This document shows positions 38,089 through 46,773 of a DNA stretch of 64,000 bases, in pieces. The notes below the pieces were generated by a model that saw only the letters and a list, made by a program, of their open reading frames with translations, had not been told where the DNA came from and searched no databases. Origin of the DNA: Candidatus Bathyarchaeia archaeon (GTDB lineage: Archaea; Thermoproteota; Bathyarchaeia; Bathyarchaeales; Bathycorpusculaceae); NCBI GenBank assembly GCA_038883795.1, contig JAVZLK010000006.1, positions 29,444-93,443 on the forward strand, read 5' to 3'. Within the stretch, counting starts at the first letter, position 1, and each line of letters starts with the position of its first letter. Position numbers and translations under genes: made by a program.

Positions 38089-40770
38089 ATGGCGCAGAAA
38101 CGTTTAGAGGATTTTACCCGAGCAGAAACTGAAACTGTGAAGGAAAAGGAAGCGGAAGCCCTACCCTTCATGGAAACCATAAAAAAGGAAAAACAAAAAG
38201 TTGCCTATCCACCAGTGGCTCCAGAAAACCTGCCACCTTCGTATTTTATTTCTGCCACTTATGATGGGAAAACTGGAAAAGCCCTCATCAAACTTTACGA
38301 GCCAGTTTCGGGAAAAATCTATTTCTGGTACGACAACACTGGGCATAAGCCTTATTGCCTAACAAACCTTTCACCATTAGAGCTTGAAAAAATAAGCCGC
38401 TTAAAGCAGCATCCAGGCTTTGACCATTTTGAAATTGTGGACAAAATTGACCCATTATTAGATAAGGCTGTTAAAGTGACAAAGATTGTGGCTAAAGACC
38501 CATTAGCCATTGGAGGACGCCCAAAGGGCTGCATAAGAGACATAATCCCAGAAGATTTCCCATCCGTGGCAGAAACCCCAATTTCTCCAGAGCAAATCAA
38601 GGTTTGGGAATCAAAAATAAAGTATTACCAATCCTACATTTATGACAAAAATCTTTTGCCAGGAATGATTTACGAAGTAAAAAATAGCAAACTAGTTCTA
38701 ACAAAAGTCGAAGAAGCAGAAAAAATGGTTAGGCGCATAAAAGAAATTTTCAAAGAAGCCACGCCTGAAGAGTTACAATTTATTGAAGAGTGGGCGAGAC
38801 TTTTAGAGTATCCCGCCCCAAAATTTCTTTACGTGGCACTGGACATAGAGGTTTATACGCCAGTTCCAACAAGGATGCCAGACCCAAGGGAAGCCGCCTA
38901 CCCGGTTGTTTGCGTTTCGCTTTATGGTTCAGATGGACAAAAAAGAGTTTTACTCTTAAAGAGAGAAGGCGTCCGTGAAGGAACAGAACGCTTGCCAGCC
39001 GACGTAACGCTTGAATATTTTGACTCTGAAAGTAAGCTGATAAAGGCTGTTTTTGAGGCGTTGTGGAGTTATCCCTTCGTCCTAACTTTTAACGGTGATG
39101 ATTTTGACCTGCGTTATTTAGCTCATAGAGCCCTTAACCAAGGTTTTAGAAGAGACGAGATTCCCATAGAAGTTGGTAGGCGTGTCTGTCTGCTAAAGTA
39201 TGGCGTGCACATTGACCTTTACAAGTTCTTCTTCAACCGTTCAATACAAATTTACGCTTTTAACAACCGTTATCGGGACGTAACCCTCGACGATGTTGGC
39301 AAAGCCCTAATTGGAATGGAAAAGATTAAACTAGAAAAAAGTTTAGGAGAATTAACCTACACAGAACTCGCACAATACTGTTTTAGGGATGCAGAAATCA
39401 CCTTTAAACTTGCAAGTTTCGAAGACGAGTTGGTTATGAAGCTTATTTTGGTTTTGGCAAGAATCAGTAGCATGCCGATGGAAGATGTAAGCCGCCAAGG
39501 AGTTTCAAGATGGATAAGAAACTTCATGCACCGTGAACACAGAAAAAGAAACATGCTCATCCCAAATGCTGAAGAAATCATTGCTGCAAAAGGAAAAGCA
39601 GCCACAAAAGCCATAATCAAAGGCAAAAAATACAAGGGCGCAATAGTTGTAGAACCAGTTCCAGGAGTTCACTTCAACGTTTCAGTGATGGACTTTCCAA
39701 GCTTATACCCATCAATAATAAAAGTTTGGAACCTCGGCTACCAATCCATATTATGCAAACATCCAGAATGCCGCAGCAACCTCATTCCAGACACGCCCCA
39801 CTGGGTCTGCACAAAAAAACATGCATTGGAAAGTCTTCTCATAGGCTCGCTTAGAGATTTGCGTGTCCAATGGTACAAACCAAAATCAAAAGACAAAACC
39901 CTGCCAGCCGAAATTAGAAGCTGGTACAACATAATCCAAGGAGCCTTAAAAGTTATTTTGAACGCAAGTTACGGTGTTTTCGGAGCTGAAACCTTTGACC
40001 TTTACTGTCCCCCAGTGGCGGAAGCAACAGCAGCCATCGCAAGACACTCGCTAACCCAAATACTGAAGGAAGCAGAAGATCTTCGCATCCAAGTGCTTTA
40101 TGGCGATACAGACAGCATATTCCTGAAAAATCCATCAAAAGAACAAATTGAAAAACTAGCCCAATGGACAGAACAAGCGCTAAAAATGAGCTTAGACGTG
40201 GATAAAGTGTATAGGTATGCTGTTTTCAGTTCAAGAAAGAAGAATTACCTCGGAGTTTTGGAAGACGGCAGCGTCGACGTCAAAGGGTTGACGGGCAAGA
40301 AAAGGCACATTCCAATCTTCATAAAAAAGGCTTTCGACAAAATGAAAGAACGCCTAGCCACCGTAAAAACACCAGCAGACTTTGAAAAAGCTAAGAAGGA
40401 CATTTGCGAAATCATCCGCGACTGCTACATGCGACTAAAGAGGCGAGAATGGGAAAGCCTAAACGACCTTGCTTTCAACGTGGTTTTAGGCGAAGAACCA
40501 GAACGCTACACAAAAACAACACCCCAACACGTAAGAGCAGCAAGAATACTAAAAGAAGGTGGGATGGAGCTTAAAGCGGGCGACCTAATAAGCTTCGTGA
40601 AAGTTGTTAAAGAACCCCATGTAAAACCCGTTGAGTTGGCAACAAAAAACGAGATAGATGTGGACAAGTATATTGCCTATCTCCACTCAACCTTTGACCA
40701 AGTTTTAGACGCATTAGGCTTAGATTTTAACGAGATAATAGGATTAACAAAGCTTGAGAGGTTCATGTAG
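38089..40770 (+). CDS. polB1: Family B DNA polymerase, PolB1 type
   Basis: YDNTGHKPYC, exonuclease DIEV and TFNGDDFD, DFPSLYPS, KVILNASYG, YGDTDS, KKNY. Confidence 0.96.
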   Translation: MAQKRLEDFTRAETETVKEKEAEALPFMETIKKEKQKVAYPPVAPENLPPSYFISATYDGKTGKALIKLYEPVSGKIYFWYDNTGHKPYCLTNLSPLELEKISRLKQHPGFDHFEIVDKIDPLLDKAVKVTKIVAKDPLAIGGRPKGCIRDIIPEDFPSVAETPISPEQIKVWESKIKYYQSYIYDKNLLPGMIYEVKNSKLVLTKVEEAEKMVRRIKEIFKEATPEELQFIEEWARLLEYPAPKFLYVALDIEVYTPVPTRMPDPREAAYPVVCVSLYGSDGQKRVLLLKREGVREGTERLPADVTLEYFDSESKLIKAVFEALWSYPFVLTFNGDDFDLRYLAHRALNQGFRRDEIPIEVGRRVCLLKYGVHIDLYKFFFNRSIQIYAFNNRYRDVTLDDVGKALIGMEKIKLEKSLGELTYTELAQYCFRDAEITFKLASFEDELVMKLILVLARISSMPMEDVSRQGVSRWIRNFMHREHRKRNMLIPNAEEIIAAKGKAATKAIIKGKKYKGAIVVEPVPGVHFNVSVMDFPSLYPSIIKVWNLGYQSILCKHPECRSNLIPDTPHWVCTKKHALESLLIGSLRDLRVQWYKPKSKDKTLPAEIRSWYNIIQGALKVILNASYGVFGAETFDLYCPPVAEATAAIARHSLTQILKEAEDLRIQVLYGDTDSIFLKNPSKEQIEKLAQWTEQALKMSLDVDKVYRYAVFSSRKKNYLGVLEDGSVDVKGLTGKKRHIPIFIKKAFDKMKERLATVKTPADFEKAKKDICEIIRDCYMRLKRREWESLNDLAFNVVLGEEPERYTKTTPQHVRAARILKEGGMELKAGDLISFVKVVKEPHVKPVELATKNEIDVDKYIAYLHSTFDQVLDALGLDFNEIIGLTKLERFM

Positions 40771-40775
40771 TTCTC

Positions 40776-41336
40776 TTACTTTTCTGCAGCAACTTTTAGT
40801 CCTTTTGATTTCAATGCTTCTATAACGCTTGGTTTGCTTAAGGCTGTTAGTAAGGTATACCCAATTATTGCCAATGCCACTAAACTGCTTGCAGTAATAC
40901 TCATCATACTTGTTACCCAAATAGGCCATGCTGCTGGGAACTCGATGCCAAAAAAGTTTGACGGAGCCCCAAATATCATCCAAATATAACTGCCAACGAA
41001 AACACCGATAACTATCGATCCCAACAAACAGCCTAATAGCTGTCTATTTCTCAGCACATAAATCAAAAAGGCGGCAATCAAATTAGCTATGGGTCCAAAG
41101 GCAACATCGTAAATGCCGTTCGGAAGAGCAAGAGAAGTCGTGGCATTGCCAACAACACATCCCAAACTTACACCAACAATAACAGGCCACCCGAAAAGAG
41201 CAGATAATGGGATAAGGCAATCAGCGAAACGAAGCTGAATACTGGCTGCAGCACTCAATCCTTGAATGGCCACAAGAACAGCATATAAAGCTGCGAAAAC
41301 CGCTGTTAATGCTACGTCTTTAGTATCAAATTTCAT
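40776..41336 (-). CDS. queT: QueT-family ECF substrate-binding component (7-deazaguanine precursor transporter)
   Basis: AVFAALYAVL, IQLRFAD.L.PL, GVSLGC.VGN, D..FG..A.L; ATG 41336 after GGAGGTGA. Confidence 0.85.
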   Translation of the reverse strand: MKFDTKDVALTAVFAALYAVLVAIQGLSAAASIQLRFADCLIPLSALFGWPVIVGVSLGCVVGNATTSLALPNGIYDVAFGPIANLIAAFLIYVLRNRQLLGCLLGSIVIGVFVGSYIWMIFGAPSNFFGIEFPAAWPIWVTSMMSITASSLVALAIIGYTLLTALSKPSVIEALKSKGLKVAAEK

Positions 41337-41340
41337 TTTT

Positions 41341-41400
41341 TCACCTCCTACACCGGGGTTTTTATGGCGGAACGGGTGGAGGTCCACTCACCCGCCATGA
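41341..41400 (-). promoter_or_regulatory. Structured GC-rich 5' leader of queT (riboswitch candidate)
   Basis: AUGGCGG/CCGCCAU stem enclosing GUGG-ACCU-CCAC, A-tract, and ACCUCC complementary to the GGAGGU SD. Confidence 0.5.
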
Positions 41401-41463
41401 TTCTATTCACAAATTCTTAAGTTATTAATTTTACTGAAAAGAGCCGTTTGGGAAAGCGTTGTA

Positions 41464-41937
41464 TTATTTCTTTTCTTCAGTTTCCGCTTGAACTTCCACA
41501 GTTTCTGCGGCTTCTGGGGCTATTTTCACGGTTACATCTTCGACTGGAATGCCTTCTTTACGTGAGAAGAGCAAATCTTGGGGTGGGGGTGGCACATTTA
41601 ATATTGTGGATAGAAGGTACATGGCTGTGAATGCCGTCTGATAAATTCTTTGAAAGACGTAGGGGACTTTGGTTTCTGGGTCAACCTCCAACATCTTATT
41701 TATTTCAGCATCCTTTCCGCTTAGGGTTGCCATGCCCTCTATTTCAAATTTTACGAGGCTTGGTTTTGTTGCTAAAAACAGTTTGAAATCTACAATAACC
41801 ATTTGGCTTTTGCGTTCCCTCTCCTCCAATTTCGCTTTCACATCAAAATTTATGCTTTCAGCTACGCTTTTAACGTCTAAACGAATACCAGTAAGGCTGG
41901 TTATTTCTACCTTAACCGAAGCATTAGGAACATACAA
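41464..41937 (-). CDS. Conserved hypothetical protein (possible SecB-like fold)
   Basis: Four alternating beta strands followed by a helix and a PPPP tail. Confidence 0.65.
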   Translation of the reverse strand: MYVPNASVKVEITSLTGIRLDVKSVAESINFDVKAKLEERERKSQMVIVDFKLFLATKPSLVKFEIEGMATLSGKDAEINKMLEVDPETKVPYVFQRIYQTAFTAMYLLSTILNVPPPPQDLLFSRKEGIPVEDVTVKIAPEAAETVEVQAETEEKK

Positions 41938-42066
41938 TGTTGGACAAATAATGGATTCCCCACATCAAACGTTATAGTCAGTTGCTTCTCTAACCTCCGT
42001 AGTAAGCCTCACAGAAAACTGATTTTTGCCTTTTGTGTGTCACAAAACATACATACAACACAACAG

Positions 42067-42936
42067 CTACGAGAAAAACCAATGAAACAATAAAGCAGCC
42101 AAGGTTGAAGTTGCAAATAAAAGCGAAATTGCCGCAACTACCTGCCGTTCCGTCAAACGACGTTTATAGGTAATGAGGGTAACAAGGCTTCGTCTATTAT
42201 TAGAGGAAATTTTCTCCCCGTCAAAAGTAACATGAGCTTTTGCTCTAAAAAGGAAATAAGTTAACAAAATCAGTGAAGAATTTAAAATGTAAGGCAAAAT
42301 TGAAATAAGCAAAACGGACTTCAAATCTGAAATTATGGCAAAGGCTGCCAATGTTATGCCAATGGCAAAAGACCCGGTGTTTCCAACGAAAATTTTGCCT
42401 TGAAAATTAAAGAAGCATAGTAGAAGCCAAATTATTAACGGGACATACAAGAGAATAGCATGTACCCCAGAAATACTCATCAGCCCTATTATAATAATGG
42501 CCGGTGGAATTGTCTCCAAACCATTTAGCCCGCCAAGCTGATTCACGGTGTTAGTAGTCACGGTCACAATTAATGGAATAATTACGAAATAGTATAAAAG
42601 ACCAAAATTCACGGGACCAATTAGAGGAATAGTTATGGATGGTCGCAGTTCAAGGCGTGTTGCCAATGAAACAAGCGGTATGGAGGCTAGAAGGGGGAAG
42701 AAAGCCTTATAACGCCACCGCAAATCCATCCAATCATCAAGCAAACCCATAAAACCACCAAATAAAATGCAAACAGCCAAAGTTAAAGCGGAAGAAACAT
42801 TGTTAGATGCTGGAGGTTCATTAAAATAGTATAAGGCAAAAAGGTAGGCTACGCTAGCTAAAACGTAAATTACGCCTAAACCATTAGGAACTAAAGGCTT
42901 GTTTGGTTTGTGATAGTCTGGAACTTTTGGAAACAA
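42067..42936 (-). CDS. UDP-GlcNAc:dolichyl-phosphate GlcNAc-1-P transferase (GPT/AglH-like, MraY family)
   Basis: D.HK...VP..G, GLLDD..DL.WR.K, NTVNQLGGLNGLE, IFVGNTG; directly after aglB. Confidence 0.85.
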   Translation of the reverse strand: MFPKVPDYHKPNKPLVPNGLGVIYVLASVAYLFALYYFNEPPASNNVSSALTLAVCILFGGFMGLLDDWMDLRWRYKAFFPLLASIPLVSLATRLELRPSITIPLIGPVNFGLLYYFVIIPLIVTVTTNTVNQLGGLNGLETIPPAIIIIGLMSISGVHAILLYVPLIIWLLLCFFNFQGKIFVGNTGSFAIGITLAAFAIISDLKSVLLISILPYILNSSLILLTYFLFRAKAHVTFDGEKISSNNRRSLVTLITYKRRLTERQVVAAISLLFATSTLAALLFHWFFS

Positions 42937-42948
42937 ACTATCGCTCCC

Positions 42949-45192
42949 TTATTGTCCAGAGTAATATTTTTGCCAATCAATTTCATAGAGGCAAACAAGT
43001 GGAACAAGACCACCATAGTTATTTCTGGCATCATTCACGGAGAGAGACAATCCAGCAAAGAAAACCTCCTTAAAATATTGCGGCTCCACCGGTGTTTCTT
43101 GGGAGACCTCGGTTACACCATTAGTTTCACACCAGCGATGCTTCCCCCAACTCATCAACTTATAAATTGTTGAGTTTGTTCCACGGTCATTCCATATCCA
43201 CCTGTTTTGAGTGCTGTTATAATACCCAAATGTTTCTTCATTAGTCCAATCGGGACTTAATCCCATACCCACGAAACGGTCATACGCTTTTCCTGAAATT
43301 CTCGCCATCCACATCCATTTTCCCTCATCGCCGTAACCAGCCCAGTAAGCATAATTTTGTCCATCAGAAGTCTGTCCTATCGCAAGCGTTGTAAAGACGA
43401 GGATGTACTTTGTGCGCTTAGGGTCGTATTTTAATTCCAGCATTTTTAACGCTTGCGTCTCATTAGCCATAAATACAAAGCCTATGTTTTCGATCTCTTT
43501 AGTATCTATTGTAGCATTGTCTGCAAGAGAAGTCACATTGCCTAATACGGTAAGCCAATACCCATAATCCCACCAACTCACAACAACATCTGTGGCCGCA
43601 AGGTTAGCCCTAACCCATGCTAGCATATCTAACCATTCTCGTACTGGCTTATTGGGCGCTATTGGGAGGCTTCCAGCGGTTATAGTCACAGGAGAATAGG
43701 CCTGTTTGTACACTCTTGGGGATGGAAATGAAAAGTTCGTCATTAAAATAATGAATATTAGGAATATAGCTGTTCCACTGAATTCTTTTCCAACATGCTC
43801 TAAAGCATAACGCTTCTTAGCAATTATTTTCGGCTGTTCTTTTAAGAGCGTATTAAAGGGTTTTATTGTTCCCACAACCCCTGTTGCCGCTACTAGACCA
43901 TATGCTGGAGCCATAAGCACAAACAATCGCACCATGGAACATGCAAAGTAGAGGGAGGTTAAGCCGAAAATTAAGAGGAAAAGGTTTTTGTTGTTAAGGT
44001 TTCTCAGAAGGAAATACAAACCCAAAATGAAGAATATTATTCCTATGCCAAACTCGTAATATATGGAACCCCAAGCCGAAATCCTATGTTCAGCCACAGA
44101 CTCTATAAGCGGAGAACCCTCCCGCGTAAACGGATTAATAACAGAAATAAACTTTCCAGCAATATCCCGTTTAAACTGCCAAAGCAAACCAAAGCCACCA
44201 ACAAAGGCTGCCACAACAACCGTGAAGAAAATAACTTTTGACCTGGCCGATTTTAAAGCTTGAAAAACTTCAACAAAACAAAGAATCACAAAAATTCCTG
44301 CGACAGGCAAAATGGCACTTTCAACAAGGTACGTAGGGGTAAGCTTTGGAATACTTATGGCAATAAACAATCCCAATCCAAAGGTTAAGCTATAGGACAA
44401 AAGTAATCGATGAGCATATCTCTTAAGCAAAATTAATACAAACACAAAAAGCACTGTCAAACCTATGGGATAATAAGCAGCACCCCACCCGATACAGAAA
44501 TATCCCAAAGCTAGTCCAGAGCCAAGTGAGTATAGAATCGATGAATTTAACGGTCGGTCTTCTTCAATCGCCCTTAAAAACATGAATACAAATGCTATGA
44601 GCGCCAATATCCCTATTATTTCATCATCAAAAAATCCAAGCGACGTCCGCTGAATGTAGGAAGGGCTTAAAGCCAAAAATAGAGCAGCAAGCAATCCCAT
44701 AGTTCTTCCGCCAATATCCTTGCCCAAAAAATAAATAGCCAAAGAAGCCAGCATACCCATTATGGGCGGCATAAGAGCGCAGAAACTCATCAAATCGATA
44801 TTCACGCCTAAGGCTGAAACTACTTTATAAAAGAAGGCTGTTGTCATCGGTAACCCTACAAATCCCGCCCTCGCAACATCAAACCCGCCAATTCCATACC
44901 ACCTCTGCGTGTCAATCCAGTGGTCCGGCCAAGCCCAAGAGATGAAGCCGTTGTTTACTAAATATTCTGTGAAGCGATATTGGAAGTACGGGTCAAACTC
45001 TGAAAGGTGCATTGTCCCTGTCTGTATTTCCCAACGCATTGGAAAGAGACGTATAGTGAGGGCTATGAAAAGTATGAGTAGCAAAGCTGAGAAAGTTATT
45101 ATTGAACTGTGACTTATTTTTATCCGCAGTTTTCCTAAACTTTTTAAACCGTTAACAAGGTTTTCCTTTGACAGTTTGTCTCTGATCCCCAT
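42949..45192 (-). CDS. aglB: Oligosaccharyltransferase catalytic subunit AglB/STT3
   Basis: EFDPYF, GFFDDE, SVAEH, WWDYG, DNAT, DEGKW.WM.RI. Confidence 0.96.
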   Translation of the reverse strand: MGIRDKLSKENLVNGLKSLGKLRIKISHSSIITFSALLLILFIALTIRLFPMRWEIQTGTMHLSEFDPYFQYRFTEYLVNNGFISWAWPDHWIDTQRWYGIGGFDVARAGFVGLPMTTAFFYKVVSALGVNIDLMSFCALMPPIMGMLASLAIYFLGKDIGGRTMGLLAALFLALSPSYIQRTSLGFFDDEIIGILALIAFVFMFLRAIEEDRPLNSSILYSLGSGLALGYFCIGWGAAYYPIGLTVLFVFVLILLKRYAHRLLLSYSLTFGLGLFIAISIPKLTPTYLVESAILPVAGIFVILCFVEVFQALKSARSKVIFFTVVVAAFVGGFGLLWQFKRDIAGKFISVINPFTREGSPLIESVAEHRISAWGSIYYEFGIGIIFFILGLYFLLRNLNNKNLFLLIFGLTSLYFACSMVRLFVLMAPAYGLVAATGVVGTIKPFNTLLKEQPKIIAKKRYALEHVGKEFSGTAIFLIFIILMTNFSFPSPRVYKQAYSPVTITAGSLPIAPNKPVREWLDMLAWVRANLAATDVVVSWWDYGYWLTVLGNVTSLADNATIDTKEIENIGFVFMANETQALKMLELKYDPKRTKYILVFTTLAIGQTSDGQNYAYWAGYGDEGKWMWMARISGKAYDRFVGMGLSPDWTNEETFGYYNSTQNRWIWNDRGTNSTIYKLMSWGKHRWCETNGVTEVSQETPVEPQYFKEVFFAGLSLSVNDARNNYGGLVPLVCLYEIDWQKYYSGQ

Positions 45193-45312
45193 TTGGAGTT
45201 CATCTCTTCTACACAGATTATCAAGGTGTTTTATTTCCCTTGTGGTTAGCAGAGTTTTAAGGTGGTGTAAGCCAATCTTATATATCTTTCCAAAAGGCTT
45301 AAATTTTGATTT

Positions 45313-46455
45313 CTATGTTGTGGTTTTTCGTTTATAACCATATTTTTCAGAGTCGTAAAATGGGAAAGGTACAATTTCTGCTTTGGCAAGTTTGTCCCGA
45401 ACCTTAACGTTTACAATGTTTCCTTCTTGGGCCTGGGATGTTTGGACGTACGCCATTGCTATACCGCACTTTAGCAGTGGGGAAAAGGTTCCGCTTGTTA
45501 CGTATCCAATTTTTTCGTTATTGCTGCTGTAAATTTCAAAGCCTGGTCGAGGGATTCCCTGCCCCACCATGCGAATTCCTACACGCTTTCGCCTGATTCC
45601 TTCAGTCTTCTGTTTTAACAAGGCATTTTTTCCTATGAAGTTGTCCTTTTGGAGTTTCACCACAAAGCCGAGGGTTGCCTCCAAAGGGGTTGTTTTCTCG
45701 TCAATGTCATTCCCGTAAAGGCACATTCCAGCCTCAAGCCTTAAAGTATCTCTTGCGCCCAAACCGCATGGCTCAACTCCAAAGGGTTTACCAGCATCGA
45801 GAATAGCATTCCAAACTTTTATTGCGTTGTTCGGACTGGATAGAGGGGTGTTCCAAATGAAAACTTCGAATCCATCCTCGCCCGTGTATCCCGTTCTTGA
45901 AAGAAGAACATCAACATCTGCTAAATGTGAAGGGGCACATTTGAAGCGTTCAATCCTGCTTAAATCGTCGGGGGAAATTTTCTGCAGGGTTTTTTCGGCG
46001 TTTGGACCTTGAACAGCCAGCATTGCAACATTGTCCGAAACTTCTTCAATGTGAACATTAAAGCCCTTAGCATTTTTAGTTAGCCAATTATAGTCTTTTT
46101 CTCTGTTGGCTGCGTTAGCAACAAACATGAATTTGTCTTTTTCCAATCGATAATATACAAAATCATCTATTATGCCACCTTCTTCATTACACATCACAGA
46201 ATATTGGGCGCTGTTAGGCATCAGCTTAGAAACATCGTTTGTTATTACATAATTTAGGAAACGTTCTGCGTCAGCGCCCATTATCATTATTCTTCCCATG
46301 TGGGAGATGTCGAAAATCCCGACGCTGTTGCGGACAGCCAAATGCTCTTGTATTACGCCTTTATACCACATGGGCATTTCAAAGCCAGCGAAAACCGTCA
46401 GCTTAGCCGTTTTCTGATGCACTTCGTAAAGTTGAGTTCTGCGATTTTCATCCAT
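45313..46455 (-). CDS. gcvT: Glycine cleavage system T protein
   Basis: FAGFEMP, FDISHMG, GGIIDD, SRTGYTGEDGFE, GLGARDTLRLEAG..LYG; start ATG 46455. Confidence 0.96.
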   Translation of the reverse strand: MDENRRTQLYEVHQKTAKLTVFAGFEMPMWYKGVIQEHLAVRNSVGIFDISHMGRIMIMGADAERFLNYVITNDVSKLMPNSAQYSVMCNEEGGIIDDFVYYRLEKDKFMFVANAANREKDYNWLTKNAKGFNVHIEEVSDNVAMLAVQGPNAEKTLQKISPDDLSRIERFKCAPSHLADVDVLLSRTGYTGEDGFEVFIWNTPLSSPNNAIKVWNAILDAGKPFGVEPCGLGARDTLRLEAGMCLYGNDIDEKTTPLEATLGFVVKLQKDNFIGKNALLKQKTEGIRRKRVGIRMVGQGIPRPGFEIYSSNNEKIGYVTSGTFSPLLKCGIAMAYVQTSQAQEGNIVNVKVRDKLAKAEIVPFPFYDSEKYGYKRKTTT

Positions 46456-46478
46456 TAAAATCGCCTTCTCAAAGTATT

Positions 46479-46643
46479 CTATTTTATTGGTTTTACATCC
46501 ACGTTTATAGGTATCAGAGAAAGTTTCTTGCCACATTTTGGACATTTTCCGCCATGCTGATGCAAAATCTCATCGGGAGGCTTAAGCTCAGCGCCCTCAT
46601 ATAATATGTGACCACATCCTTGACAGATAACCCGTTGTGGCAA
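46479..46643 (-). CDS. Small zinc-ribbon protein
   Basis: TTG start after GGAG; CQGCG...CPKCG. Confidence 0.8.
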   Translation of the reverse strand: MPQRVICQGCGHILYEGAELKPPDEILHQHGGKCPKCGKKLSLIPINVDVKPIK

Positions 46644-46773
46644 TTTTATACACTCCAAAGGATAATAAAGCAATAAGTTTATGGCATATTTATTGGTTGC
46701 TGATTAAAATTTCACAGAAACTTTTAATCTTAGAATAAAGTTAATTCTGGAAGCATTTACAAACAAGCATCGA

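Noticed and set aside
38089-40770. Intein or inactivation in PolB
   Set aside because: Normal length with contiguous, intact exonuclease and polymerase motifs.
41937-42015. In-frame TGA-TGT upstream of the 41464-41937 gene as a possible selenocysteine extension
   Set aside because: The extension has no recognisable motif or SD. No Sec machinery or SECIS consensus was seen.
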